64,000 nucleotides of DNA from Anthoceros angustus (lineage: Eukaryota > Plantae > Anthocerotophyta). Positions within the stretch are counted from its first letter, which is position 1; each line of letters starts with the position of its first letter. Positions 38,645-52,199 of this stretch are shown one piece after another. The notes beneath the pieces were generated by a model, which worked only from the letters and a program-made list of their open reading frames with translations, did not search any database and was not told the DNA's origin. The DNA is taken from the NCBI GenBank assembly GCA_010909165.1, contig MU008161.1, positions 310,001 to 374,000 of the forward strand. The letters are read 5' to 3'. Made by a program: the position numbers and the translations under genes.

Positions 38645-38789
38645 TTTGGGGTTCCTTCCTGTTCGAGACTCCCTTTTTCTGCGGTTGACAAGATAGGTGT
38701 AAGTAACAGCAGCACTTGAGAATTAATTTGAAATGCTACGCTAGGTATATAACTAATTATAAATTAAACTGAACTAAGAAACGCTGACA

Positions 38790-39430
38790 TTCACCTCGTA
38801 GAATTTCACCTTAGGCAGACCATAGCTGCGAACCCCGTCAACCGGCATGTCTTGGAGCCCTAGTGTTCTTCCAACAACGGTAGCAGCTCCATCGCCAATG
38901 CCTTCCCTCCCTAACGTCGTGACAGGATTTTTCTCAGGCTAGCCCTGGGCAAACGTGTGTCCAAGAAATCAGCGAGCATCCAGAATCCCAGCATTGGAGA
39001 GCTCGTGCGTGGTGCAGAATCCGTCACACTGCCTGGCCTTCACACCTTTCCTGTTCTAGTACGCAGCGATGATCGTGGCCGACATCCTCTCGCCGAAGGA
39101 CACCAGATTCACCTGCGACCTGGGAGAAAGCTCTCCCACTAAACGCGATCCCCATGAGAAGTTATTCAACATGGTGAGCAGCGGGTTTACAACTGAAGCA
39201 TCACCCAGCTTCTCACAAGTCTCCTTGTGCAAGCGCGAGACGTCCTGAAACACATCCGCGAAACCGCGCTCTCCGTGCTCCATCGCATTTTGCCCTGCCT
39301 CCAATAGCTTGGTCCTAGTCTTTCCCATTGCCGACACAAGTATCACGGCCCCCTCCTCCGTGAGTACAAGTAAGTCCAATATCCTGCTCTTCTCCGCGGC
39401 ACTCGCAGTGCGTGCTGGAGCTCATGCAAA
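38790..39430 (-). pseudogene. Aspartate kinase (monofunctional plastid type) pseudogene, N-terminal half
   Basis: VILVSAMGKT, ELSPRSQVNLVSFGERMSATIIAAY*, GVKARQCDGF, PVTTLGREG..ATVVGRTLGL, PVDGV. Stops and deletions; no introns seen. Confidence 0.8.
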
Positions 39431-40690
39431 CTGCCTAGGCAACAGCGTGCTAGTTTCCTGCTCCGATTCCGCACGACCGCTGCGGCGGCCGCCTCCGCCG
39501 TGGCCTCTCCAGGGGCAGCAAACGCGTTGAGCAAGGAAGTCTGAGATGCGCCGCATGCTCTGTTTTTAATTCGTCTGGGCGGCAGATTCGAGATTGGCTG
39601 GTGCGACTGAACGTGGCGAGGTAACCGATGCCGCCATTCTGTCAACTAGACCCCGGATATAGGCAAGGAGTCTGGTGTCTTATGTTCAGAATGCACACTG
39701 TACTGAATGTATTCACTGCGCTCTCTGTTTTTGGCTTGGGGCGGGCGCTGCGCTGCGCTCCCACCTACGCCTGTGCCGACAGAGTACCTTCGTCAGTTGC
39801 AAGGACGGGGTGCCGGGCAGGGCAGAGTACAGCTCATGAGCTGCAACACGGGAGGCTGATGGTGGCCGAGTCCCGACGCAAGGACATTCCGCGGACGACG
39901 AAGGAATCAGGGTATGTGGAGGATGATCTAATGCCGGAGGCTGCATATTGTTCATCCGGAAGAGAGGGAGGCTGGATGTAGTTCATCCTGAGAGAGGGAG
40001 AGTCTACAGGCCGCCCGGGCCTTCGGACCGTCTGTCCTTCTCCCTCCACCTCGCAAAAAGTGCAGGGCAGTTCAACCCCAAAGTCCTTGTTCCCTCGGGT
40101 CTGCTCCCCCGTCCTTCCCGTCCTTGCAACTGAGCTGCGCAGGGCTGCCCTCCCTGCCCTGCCCTTTGCCCCGGTTCTCGGTCTCTGCACCATGCCTTGC
40201 CCCGGTTCCCGATGCACCCGCGCACCCCATCCTGAGCCATGCGCGATGCTCTGCTCTCGGGTTGGATAGGAGCGCGAGCGGAAAATCTCGTACGTACATG
40301 GGCAGCCATCAGTCGATGTAGGGCAGGGTGCTAGACGATTGGCATCCATCCTTGAACTGGGGATTGCTTTCCAGCATGCGATCCAAGGTTACCGCTCACG
40401 GCCCGCAAGACCGCATGGAAGCGTCGCGCATAGTCTCACATGCGAGACAACCCCGTGAGCCAGCATTCATTTCCTTCGGAGATCGATTTGCAGCCGAGGA
40501 TAGTGCTGGGAAGCCCAGACATTGGCATTGCCCTGTGCCTAGAACCCCCTGTTTCTGCCAGGTAAAAATCAGATCCGTGGGACGTGGTTGCTGGTGTCGC
40601 ACTCATCGGTTTTCACACATTACGCTGAAGTGTCCAAATCTTTGACCTGTTCTTGCTCATCGTCACCGGTCACAGGCATCGTAGGCGCTG

Positions 40691-40805
40691 CAATTAGCGA
40701 TCCTGTGAGAGGCTTGTGGGACTGTCAGACAATTGGCGATCCTTTGAAAGGCTTGTGGGACTGTCAGACAATTAGCGACCCTGTGAGAGGCTTATGAGAC
40801 TGTCA
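40691..40805. repeat. 39-bp tandem repeat x3
   Basis: CAATT(A/G)GCGATCCT(G/T)TGA(G/A)AGGCTTGTGGGACTGTCAGA. Confidence 0.9.
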
Positions 40806-41346
40806 CTCTGCTCCATCCTTCCGGTAGCTTGTCGGTACTAGTTCGATCGTTGCAAGAGGAATGCATCGATCAACTGCATAGCCGAGACGGAGCAACGCAT
40901 GATTTTTCAGGATAAAGCCAGTGTTGGTACAAATGTGTTGACCGAAAGCAAAAAATGTGTGCAACAAAGTCTGCAGACCGCCCAGCGAGGGCTCTGCTCC
41001 AGTCAGGCATGCCAGTATGGGTGCTCCCTACAGTGGTATGCTGCCAAACAATCCTGCTGGAGTTAGTCAGTGCTGAGACACAGTGGGAAGAGGATTGACA
41101 ACTTCAAGAAGATAAATTTCCTTTGCAGACATAATTCTTTTCGAATAGCGCAGCTGTCTGTTCTCCTTGCTCTCTGTAAAGTGAGAGTTTGCTGGTATAC
41201 CTGTCGTATGGAATCCTCGAGTACTGAGTTAGCAAGATAGCTGGCTTCGAAATGTCCAATCTTATATCGGCTGCCCACGATGATAACTCCCACCGTATGG
41301 AGTTGCCCCGAATACTAGGAATCTAGGGCACCGCCACTCCTGAAGT

Positions 41347-42514
41347 CTAAGCTGCAGCCTTGGCCGCCGCACGTTTCTTGGCCTCCTCCACAATCGAAAG
41401 CTTAATACCTTTCCCCCTGGGCAAAGTCACCCAAGGCTTGGTTCCCTGCCCGATCGTGAACACGTTGCCCATTCTGGTGGCAAACTCGTGACCAGCAGCA
41501 TCAACCACATGGATAATGTCAAAGCTGCCCTTATGCTTCTCCCGGTGCTTGATGGTGCCCACTCTGCCCCTGTTGCGCCCACCAGTGACCATCACAATGT
41601 TCCCGATATCAAACTTGACAAACTCCACCACCTTGCCGGTTTCCAAATTGATCTTAATAGTGTCGTGCACCTTGATCAAGGGATCAGGGTATCTGATGGT
41701 GCGACCATCAAAAGTAGTGATGTAGGGCACACCCTTGTCACCAAACTGAGCTGCGCGGACCTTGCACAGCTTGTACTGTGATGGCACACAATCAGTTCGT
41801 CAGTCACACACAACCAAACACCAGAATGAATCACATGTGCATCGGCACACAGAGCTGTATACCTTCGCCTCCTCAAGGCTGATCGAGTGGAGAGTGAAGC
41901 GACCCTTGCTGTCGTACAGCAACCTGAAATTCTCACCAGTCTTGGCGATAGAGATAACATCTGCAGAGGAATCGAAGTAGCATTGTAACGGGTCGCCCCA
42001 AGCGATTTTAGCGGCACCTGGAACTTTGTAAACACCAGTGAAAAGCTGACTTACCCATGAACCCAGCTGGATAGCACTTGTCTGTCCGCACCTTGCCATC
42101 GATAGAAATAAGCCGTTGCATGACAATTGCCACGACTTCCCTGTAAGTAAGGGCATACTTCAATCTGTTCCGCAACATGACAACCAAGGGCAAGCACTCC
42201 CTCTCCTTGTGCGGCCCAGATGACGGCTTGGGGGCCTGAAGAACAGCAGCTGCGGTCAATAACCTACCAGAGCGCGCATCTTCGAACAAGCCACATCCGA
42301 GCTCAACAGCAAGAAGCGGAAGCCACGAAGAACTTACAAAGGCGCCCCCAAGCTTGTCGAGCATCCAGTGCTTCGGCGCATTGAGCCGCTTCAGATGCTT
42401 CTTCAGACCACGAGCCTACAAAAAAGAAAATCAAGCCGCTCAGCGCATCGCAGGGTGGCAGACTGGACGTAAGACACATCAACCACAGACAAGCTCAGCG
42501 ATCCGACATACCAT
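41347..42514 (-). CDS. RPS4: 40S ribosomal protein S4 (eS4), 5 exons
   Basis: gccaccATG|gtatgt, then [89 protein letters not shown]. Confidence 0.98.
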
Positions 42515-43449
42515 GGTGGCTGATCCCGCTGTTCCCCGGAGAAGCCAACTAATAAATCCTGCATCCAAAGAGCGACATATCTAGGGCTGCTGCCTTGAAT
42601 ACCGAGACCTAAAAACTCCAAGGCTTATAAATAGGTATTCCTCGAGATATATATACCTTGGTACAGTTAAAATAGTTTGTTGAAGCCAAAACGTACGTAC
42701 GTCGATGTCCCTCTTGACCCAAGGTCCAAATTCAGGATTATGCTTCGGGCATCCTCTATATATATAGAAGGTCACCAAACGAGAATGTTCCTTCATTGAG
42801 ATTAAGAACTGGTAATCATACGTGAAAGCCTCCGTTATGGCCATGGCCATACTAACAACCAAGGGGTGCATGAAGGCAAACCCCGCGGTCACCTAACTCA
42901 CGAAGGTTTAGCTCGGGTTCGAGAGCATCTTCAAGAATCCACCATCTCCAAGCCATCTCTTGATCGCAATGGGAAGGGTGTGACTTTGTTCAATGGCTCA
43001 ATGGAAAGCTCTCCTTTGAGGCAACATTATATCAACCTAGGGTGTGGTGCAAAAATTCACTCACAAAACACATCCGCAAAGCTTTGGATCGAAAGACTCA
43101 ATATGAGTCGATTCTTCATTTAGGGGTTTGAGATATATTTGAAAAGAGGAAGTGAACAGCACATACACATCATGAATCATAGACTACGGTTTGAAAGAGA
43201 AAGATAAGTATATGTATCTCGAAGTTTTCCCATGATGTTGTATCACGATCAATGGCAAACGGGCTAACTAGTCATCTGCCAAGCAAAAGCAATTGTGAAG
43301 GTGACCAGGACCTAGAGAGTAGATAGCTAGGATCTGAGAGTATTGATGGCTAGGTTATGAGACTGTAGATGGCTTCGATTTAGGAGTGTACATTGCTCCT
43401 CACAAAAGCGTGTGAAGATGACCAAGGACAACATACCTCTACTTTACTA

Positions 43450-44000
43450 CGCAACTGAACTTTACAATGGAATAAAATTTTATAAAAAGTATAATACATT
43501 ATAGTATACTTCAATTGCATTCTAAAGTATAGATATATACTTTTTATAAATTAATATACTATACAATGGAATAAAATTTTATAAAAAGTATAATACTATA
43601 ATATTGCATTTCAATATACTTGCATTGTATAGTATATTATTTTAAATATACTATACATGCAATGCAATTGAACTTTACAACGGAATAAAATTTTACAATA
43701 GACCTATCTATACAACGCAATTGAACTTTGTTACGGATATGAACTTTACAACGGATTTAAGTTTTACAACGGACCTGAGTTTTACAATGCAAAGTAAGTT
43801 TGTTAACCTGGATTATCTAGCTCAGCTTACCCGTAGGAATATGAACCTTGGTTAATTAACTCCAGTTACTAAAACTAGAGTAAAATAACTATACTTAAAT
43901 TAATCGTGTTATGTTAACTTTGATTAGTGATATAGTAAAACACTTTGTAAAAGCCGTGTAGTAGCGGATGTTGTAAAGTCTAACCGTTGTTCAATGTACA
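43450..44000. repeat. AT-rich repeat cluster with GAACTTTACAACGG-type motif array (MITE/subterminal-like)
   Basis: Motif variants recur at 43456-43790. A 35-bp direct repeat TACAATGGAATAAAATTTTATAAAAAGTATAATAC sits at ~43463 and ~43562. Inverted motif copies (TTGTAAAG, CCGTTGT) occur at ~43945-43990. Confidence 0.6.
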
Positions 44001-44416
44001 TATATAGCTAAGGTACATCATATATCATAGACCATATCGTTTACGAAATATACCGTATATGCCAAGGAATCTTTTACTAAGGACAAAAATCCATGGTACT
44101 TACTACAGATTTTACTATAGGCGTAGTCAAGTCGTAGTAAAATATGTAGTATTGCCCATAGTAAAACACCCCGTTTTCAGTTAACTGCTCTTGTTGGACT
44201 AGCGTTTCATAGGCTTTACGTGCCCACAAGCTGTCCATTTTCGCTTCTGACTCGTTGGCCACAGTTTTTGCAACCTTGAATAAGACATAACATAAGATCA
44301 TGTATAGTTTCCACCTTTAGACTTCTTGAGTTGCCTCCCCATGGGCAGCAACACAACGTAGATAAGTCCACGAGGCTCTCCACGAGGGGTTAAATCTCAT
44401 TCTCTTTTATTTGCAA

Positions 44417-44523
44417 CTTTGTCTTCACTTTTTTGCTGTCGGGTCGATGCTTCTTTATCTTCACTTTTTTGCGGTTGGGTCGACGCATCTTTATCTTCAT
44501 TTTTTTGTGGTTTGGTCGACATC
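44417..44523. repeat. ~37-bp tandem repeat x3
   Basis: CTTT(G/A)TCTTCA(C/T)TTTTTTG....GGTCGA(T/C). Confidence 0.8.
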
Positions 44524-45389
44524 AAGAGATCAGGATGTGACATAGGAGAGCAACTCAAACAGCAAATCTCATATTCCTAGTATCATCTAGCTTCACCAAG
44601 CTTCCATGTCCACAAGGACATCTTCATTCTCACTTCAGTTAATTCTATAGAAAGCTAAGGTGGCCATACAATGGATACAGCCACAGCAATCAGTAGGACC
44701 TTGTTATATGTTTGAAACTTCAGAGGCAGGAAGCCGTAACTCTCGGGTCATATGCGTGTAGACGGGAGCTTCAAGAAAGGTATGGCAACATGTTGTCACA
44801 ATGGTTCGAAAACAATACAGGGGTCTATGGGTTCGTGAAATCAATTGGCAAGGAGGGAGAGAGACAAAAAGCACATAAGATTGCAGATCAATATGTTTGT
44901 TAAAATATCAAGGCTCTTGTCGGGGGTGCCATTCTACTAGGTATGTATCATAAAAAGGTGAACGAGGACATACGTGCATGCACATACTACACATCCCCTA
45001 GTTGCTATCTATTGAAACAAACTGAGTATTTCTTAGAAGTTCTTTTGCGGACTGCGATTATACTATTGACGTGCATAGCTATATGTAGCAGTAGTAATAT
45101 GGGTTAGAACATTACAACCAATGATCAGTAATGTCGAAAAGGAGTCATGAATAAATGTTTAGGCATACATCACTATTGAGCATGGATGCATCTAGTTTGG
45201 TACAACAAGTCACACACAAATCAAGGACAACTATTAGGCTCTACCTAGGTCGCTAGGGTTTCCCTAATTAGGGTCCCCTACCTAGGTCGATAGGATTTCC
45301 CTAATTAGGGTTAGCTTCTTAGCTAAAAGTCAGGGTCAAACCCTAGGACTAGTTGGTCTCATTCCCATGGCTATCTACCAAGCTTTCAT

Positions 45390-46800
45390 TATTGTTTCAA
45401 AGATCTTGTAGATGTTTATTCTTTCTAGCTAACTGTTTTATTCTAGCTTTGTTTTTGCTGCAGATTGGTGTTAGTCCACTTGTTGAAGCTTCTGTTGTAG
45501 CCAAATATTTGTTCATCACATCTACTACTTTAGATAAGTAGTGTTCATAATCTCCTTCTCTTTCAAATTCATGCCCTTCTTCTACGTCTTCGGCTGTTCT
45601 AGAAAATAAGGATGTTATGGTGGTTGCTTCCATTGCCTCTATTTGAAAATCTGAGTTGAATGCTCTTAGAATACTTATCTTCTCCCATTTATGTTTGATC
45701 ATATCTTGCATATTTGAAACATGTGTCCATGCATTGAGTGACCATTCACACATCTTGGGCTTCAAGTTTTTCAGTTTGAGATTAACAACTATTTTTCCTC
45801 CTTCCTTGAGTTGCTCTTGAATGGTAGTGGTTGTCCACGTATAGAATTCTCGCTTGAAAGTATGCTTCAAAGGGCGTTGAAGGATTACATCAGCAGGTTG
45901 CAACTTGCAAGTGCATCTAGCAGGAGATCACACGTATCAAAGGGTAAGTACTTTTCAGCTAGTCTAGGAATTCCTTGCTTTTGTGAATACTTCAGCAATC
46001 TATGATCCAAATCATCTTTTGCCTCGTGGCCAGCCTAAAGATTTCTAGTTGTCTTTCATAGTAGGGGATCAAAATTTACTTCACACATGCCTTTAATGAT
46101 TCTAGTGTAGACCAATAAGTGCTGGCATATGTTAAGTGAAATCCTTCTTCTACACATAGCTTGGCATCACCATGAGCTTTTGATACTTGTTGTTCCTATG
46201 AAGGTGATTTAGAGAAGTAGTAAGTAACTTGCTGCGAATGAAGATGTCATTGCTGTACTTTGCCTCTTGTCTTCTACCCTTAGCACCTTAATGTGTTTTG
46301 TCTCTTTAACCTCCCATGTGCGTTCTCTCTTTGTAGGAACCAAGTGGATTCCCGTTTGATCACTATTGATAACTAGTTCCGGTAGAATATCATAATCTCT
46401 TGAGACGTAAGCTACTCTATATGCCATCATCCTTCCTTCATCTTCTCTGAGAGTAGTAGATGCTCGATAAGATCATGAGAGTTCCTTTTTCATCAACTTC
46501 CTTGTCTAAACAATGCTAACCTCGAAAGTTTCGATTCCAATGAGTTCACATGTTGTCCTGTGAGGTCTTCTAATTAGTCACTTCATAAGTGCTGGCTCTG
46601 ATACTTTTTTCATGTGAAGTCTCAGCCACACTTGTAGAAAGCAAGTGCACATCTCATGCAATTTCAGCATCCCTCTCCTTCCTCTCAATTTTACGGAACA
46701 TGGATATTAGCAGAGATTGTTTGTTTGTTGCCATGTTTGAGTGCTTGCAAGTACCCACATTCCCAAACAAGAAAGACACAATGAAATCACGTTGACCATG
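45390..46800 (-). pseudogene. pogo/Tigger-like (DDE_1) transposase remnant
   Basis: ILPELVINSDQTGIHLVP..RTWE...EDKRQ (46209-46430) and QPADVILQRPLKHTFKREF..W (45397-45903). Stops in between. Confidence 0.75.
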
Positions 46801-46984
46801 TTTAAAAAGTGATTGTTTGGAAAGCTAGGGCTTTTTAGAAACTAGGGCTTGTTTGAAAAGCTAGAGGCTATGTGGAAAATTAGGGCTTGTGTGGAAAATT
46901 AGGGCCTGTTTAGGGGAGGGGCCTTCTCTCTAAATGTCCTTGAGGTAGGCTAGGGACATGTTATTAGTGGATGTTCGGAAGGAT

Positions 46985-47864
46985 TTCCCTCCTTTCTCGA
47001 CAGCTCCGCTCAGGAAGGCGCAGTGCTTGGCTCTTGGCCCGCATACGGGTTTTCACATCGCACCAACCACCTTCACTACTGCGATGCGATTCCGTCTTGG
47101 CTTGCTCCAGCATGTGGCTTCTTCGCTCCTTACTTGCGAGTGCGGCTCTGTCCTCGATGATTCTGGGGTACACCTTGCTCGTTGTCCCCATGGGGGTCGT
47201 CGCATTGCCACTCACGACGCCATCCGCGATGTCATGTTCGCCATCGCTCGCGAAAGCGGCTACATGGCCTGGAGGGAGCTGGGGTATACTCTCCGTACAA
47301 GTCATTCAATCATGGCTAACCTGTACCTTGTTTGTGGCGACCGGGTTTCAGTGGCGGATGTGGTGGTTACCGATCCTACACATGACACCGTCTCACCAGT
47401 CATCACTTGGTCAGTTGGGGCCGAGGCAGCTCTCAAGGTCCGCAAATATAGTAGGATGCAAGGGGGCTACCTCTTTATTCTGCTTGCACTAGAAATGTAT
47501 GGGGCAACGGCTGAGGACTCTGAGAGATTTGTCAAGTCCTGTGCCAAAGCTTACCATGCATGCAGACACGGTGCGGGGCTGTCCCTCTCATACTTCATAA
47601 CATACTTCCGACAACAAGTTTCAATTGCCCTTCAATGGGCGCTCTCAGCGGCCATCCTCCATAAGGCGGCGACAGTAGGTGACGCATCTTCCTCTACCTC
47701 CGTGGTTTGCAGGCCATTTATTCTTCCTGCATATGACATTGTGGGTGCAGTAGGTGACTTTAGGTAGGGAGCTCAGTTGCTCCTCTCCACCTCGACCCGC
47801 GGGTTCCTTTTGGTTGTCCCCTCTTGGATGAGCTCTTCCCATCGTTTTTTCACCTCAATAAAAA
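46985..47864 (+). mobile_element. 5'-truncated CRE-clade non-LTR retrotransposon 3' end (CCHC + restriction-like endonuclease)
   Basis: AMRFRLGL, CECGSVLDDSGVHLARCPHGGRRIATHDAIRD, VADVVVTDP, KVRKY, FILLALEMYG, YFRQQVSIALQ. Stop at 47767; 3' UTR ends in AATAAAAA at ~47857-47864. Confidence 0.85.
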
Positions 47865-50195
47865 CTTCTTTTAAGGGAGGTCTATACATACCTATTAGTT
47901 CTATATAGATACCTATGCATTCTAATAAATGTTAAAATTTGATAAAATTATTTTTTATAAATATCTATGTTGAGCCTTATTTTTTTCAAAAAATAATTAT
48001 TTTGGCATTACCCTGTTGAACCACCCCTCGGGGTATGGTATGAAATACTAGACATGATCATAGCAAGGCTTATAAAATGGATATAAAACGTCATGATTCA
48101 CAATTCCCTGTCTCTTATGTCGGACTATCCCGCCATGGAGCACAAGTCTTGTCCCAAGCTTGTCCCGAATGGGGTCTCGGACTCTAAAAAGAAAAGGAAT
48201 ATGAATGAAAAAGCTTGGGAAAGACGTGTTTAAATCTTCATTGAAATGTCAGTATTCAATATCAAGGTAGTGATGTAAGTTTGAAAAACCCCGATAAATG
48301 CTATCATATTGTAAGACCCTGTGGTGGCCCAAGCCAACTAATCCCGGACGTGGACCATTCGTATGGCTTGATGAGGCCTCCAGTCGGTGAAAGCGGCCAG
48401 GTCAGGGTTCGGTGGAGGCTAAAGAGGGAAGAGAGGAAGCCGGAGGGTTGACGCGTCCATCCACGAAAACAGTATCTACAGCTGCCGCCGTTCCGTCCCG
48501 TTCCGTTCCGTTAGAGCAGGTACTTTAATACTGTATATGTACACAAGATACGTTACATAAACATAGCGTGGGCCAACAGGCGCGAGTGCAGGAGGATTGT
48601 GTGCAGTTGATCATGACTTGGCCTGGGGGTGCGTGCCTCGGCGAGACCGCTGTTAAACCCTCGCGTGGGTCCCAGGGCCATAAAGCTGTCTCTTCCCGCG
48701 CGGACGCGGTGGCAGTGGACAGTGGCAACTGCCCGCTGCCCGCTGCCCGCTGCCCGCTGCGGCGCTTGTTGCCTGTCGGACTAAAAGTCACTAAAGGAAG
48801 GGTTTGCGCGCAGGCTTATAAAAAAATGCATACGAGTACATAAATGCTCAAACCCGAGGGATTAAGGTTCCATCATTGCCCGAGCCGGGCCCTCGGAGCC
48901 AAATCTTTGTTGCCTCCCCTGCCTTTATGGTCGCATGTGGTACCCCCCTTCAATGCGCCTTCTTGAATACACACCCGGCCCGGAATCGGCTGCATACGCT
49001 ACAGCCTACAAGTATCTCGGGGCTTCGCTGCTCGGGGGCCCGGCCCCGGGCCCGGCCCCGTCCCGTTGCAACGGCCCCCGTTACAACCAATTCACAAGAT
49101 CGTGGAGGCGTTAATGGGCCCCCGGGGGTGCGGCGATGCCAAGCCAGCGCACCTTCCCTCACATTCTCCCGCCCACACTGACCTCCGACTTGGCGCCTCC
49201 CTGCACCAGCTGCAGTTGTGCCTCGAAATTTTAGGCCCGCGCTCGTCGGCCTCGGAGCCTGCGCTGCCTCCCCGCCCCCAGCTCCTTCCACGCGCGCGCC
49301 CGACGCCGCTTTTTCTGACCGGCCCACGCTCCCCAGCTGCCTCGCCGCTGCTGTGCGGGGCCTCTCCCGCTTCCCTGCGGCAGGCAATTCGGGCCCGGGG
49401 CCTCGCGATCGCCAGCAGGTGACTGTCCGTGCTTATCCCCTCTCCTGTCCTCCTGCTTTTGAGACCTCGTCACGGAGTTTGATCCGTTGCGTTGGATTCT
49501 CCGGCTCCCACGTACTCTGTGCTCGTGGGGTCTGTGTTTTGTGCTTTCCCGGCTTGGGAACTTTTTTTCGGGTGGTCCCGGGCTGAGAGGTTGCTTCTGC
49601 TGGTGTGTGCGGGCGTTTGTGCTGCGGCTTCGGGTAGGGAGGAGGGATCTCTTGGTCAATTTGGCTCGTCTCATGAGACTTGTTACCGGGGTTCCTCGCT
49701 TGCGGTAACCGCGCGCTCTGTGCCTCGGGTACCGTTTCTTGACTCTTTTAGGTTTTCATGCTTTTGATGCGAGTGAGATGCCGATCCCGGCTTTTGTTCT
49801 TGCCTCTCGGCGTCCGGGGTGCGGTGAGCGGAGGATTAGCTCCGGATGTTGTAGGTCGTGTTGCGACAGGCAGGTCAGCTTTTTGGTGGACTCTGGAGTG
49901 TTTGGGCAGGTTGAGGAGGGTGGACTTTGCGGAGGTGGGGACGTGGAAGCTGAGAAGCTGGATAGTGCATGGAGGTGGAGTGTTGGGGGTCGGAAAGTAG
50001 GATGGCTGCTGCTGGATTGGGGAGATCTTGCGCCTGGCGGTTGTAGAATGAAGCGGCGAGCGCAGTGGCAGGTGCAGGGGCTCGCATGCATTTTGGCGGC
50101 GGGTCGGTTTGGGAAGGCTGAGTGAGGAGGGAAGCACTCTCTAGGACCCACGGCCTCAGTCAGAGGTTGCTGCCCATGCTTCCACCAAGTGTGGC

Positions 50196-52199
50196 ATGGC
50201 TGGTACTGGTACAATGGTTAGATTCAACGATGAACGATCCAGTTCTGACAAAGTGGGGACGGTTCTCCAGCTCCTGCAGAAGGACGTTCCTCTGTCCAAA
50301 AAACAGGCAATGGCTCTACCTTGGGAAGTCTTATCACTTTGAAACACAGCTAGAAGGTGATGCGGACCTAAGCATTCTCCCCTTCTAAGTTCGTGACTAC
50401 CCTCGTTTGCAGCTTGAGTTTTGTAGCCCCTCGTGCATTGAGAGGTTTCTGAAAGCGAAGGGAAATAGTGCTCACAGGGCTGCAAAGCAACTGAAGGCCA
50501 CACTGGCTTGGCGAGAAACGCTGGACATTGGTACTACCCCTAGGTTCTTAGCTATCATCAGCCGTGGCTTCTCCTAAGCTTCATTTCCTTTCAGTTCCTC
50601 AAAGTGGATTCAAATGTCTGTGCTCGGTCTTTGACCTTGGCGACTTTCAAGATGGGGGGAATGCACTTAGTGCGAGTAACCCGTTGCACTCCTGTCCCAG
50701 GTTACTTGATTGCAGATGAATTTGCTGCGGAGCTTGCAGTGGGGGCTGCTTTTGTTGCTGGTCATGACAATGAAGGTCGTCCCGTCATGGTAATGTTAAA
50801 CAATCTGAGGTTTGTCTGTTTGACATTCTCTGGGAGTAGCCGAGAATGCATGGTTTGAGAGTTTGATCAAAGAGCTCATCCTCTGGCTTGAATGCCCATC
50901 CAGTGGGTCTAGTTTGCTCATCGGTACCATTTGACAGGTAATCAGGAAAAGGCAGGAAAGTGCAATCTCTCGGTCGCAGAAGAAGTGAGCCCCTGCCTTC
51001 GTTACAGTCATGCAGCTATTGCTTCAGTATGGCCCGTTGTCTAACTTTATTCTGAACTTCACTGGGTGGTGGAATTCTCAGTTATCTCCGATTTATTGTC
51101 TTCACTGCGGAGGTGGCGTTAGCTTCGATGACCTGTGGAGTGCATCAATGGGTTCTGATCGTGGATATTACTGGTATTCTCTAAGTGCGAAGCTGACTTC
51201 CCTGTCCTTGCTCTAACCTATATGGTCAATTTTGTCTGATGGAACGTTGTTGTCACTTTCTTTTCAGGGGTGCCGAAGATTAGCTCTTCGTCTGTAAGTT
51301 CAGTCTTCTCGACCCTCAAGCTCCTTGCAGAGCACTACCCGGAAAGGTTGACCAGGGTATTCATCGTAGATGCATCGTCTGTCTTCCATTTCTTCTGGAA
51401 AGTAAGTTACCAATTCGCGCTTATTTTGAAATCACAACCTTATGTGGCTCACATTCGCCATGTGGATTGTGGACTATTCATAAGAAGGATGTTGTGAGTG
51501 CAGGGCATCAGTCCGTTTCTCGATCATTCCATCAAGGATAAACTGAGTTTTGTGTACTCAAAAGACTATGCTGGACGCGACAATGGCAAGGGCTCCCGGG
51601 TTAGCTCCACTGGCACATCTCCTTTTCCGGAGGGAAGGTCGCAGCGTTTCAAGTCTGTGTCGTGCACAACACCAGGTGGATCACCCTATAGTGGCCCGCT
51701 GACGAGTGACAAGGATGCATCGCTGGCACCTGTGGCGGCAATCACACCAGGTCGCTTGAATGGGGCAGCGCTGATCTCGAACCATCATGCAAGGTCATAC
51801 TCTTTCTCAAACCCAACTGCCAATGTGAGTCAAATGACTGAGCGAAGGGATGTTGATTCGAGGAGCTTTAGAATAGATACAAGATCACGGGTAGTTAGCT
51901 CCCCTGCTGTAACATCCACCAAGCCAAGGAAGCTACGGAGCTCATGGGACCTTGTTCCCAGACTGAAGAGGGAAGATCGGTTTCCAGGTGAGGACAGGGC
52001 AGTTGCTGACCAGTTTGGGCCCTACTTGCAGTTCCACCTGTCTGTGTACAACGAAACGTCGTACCGTGCTCTGATGAGGCCGCCCCTTGGCGGATTGGCG
52101 TCCCTTGTTTCTCCGGAGCTGAAGAGGAAAAACGCCTCCTTTCACCAGCCGGATATTTCCAATGGCCCACCTGATACATTTGCCCATTTGGCGGTTTGA
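50196..52199 (+). CDS. Sec14/CRAL-TRIO lipid-binding domain protein, 7 exons
   Basis: [18 protein letters not shown]|[83 protein letters not shown]|GISPF. The first intron (50307-50412) needs a GC donor. Confidence 0.88.

Noticed and set aside
39790-40135. MITE defined by a 17-bp inverted repeat (TCAGTTGCAAGGACGGG)
   Set aside because: The match is short, no TSD is evident and there is no second copy in the window; insufficient support.
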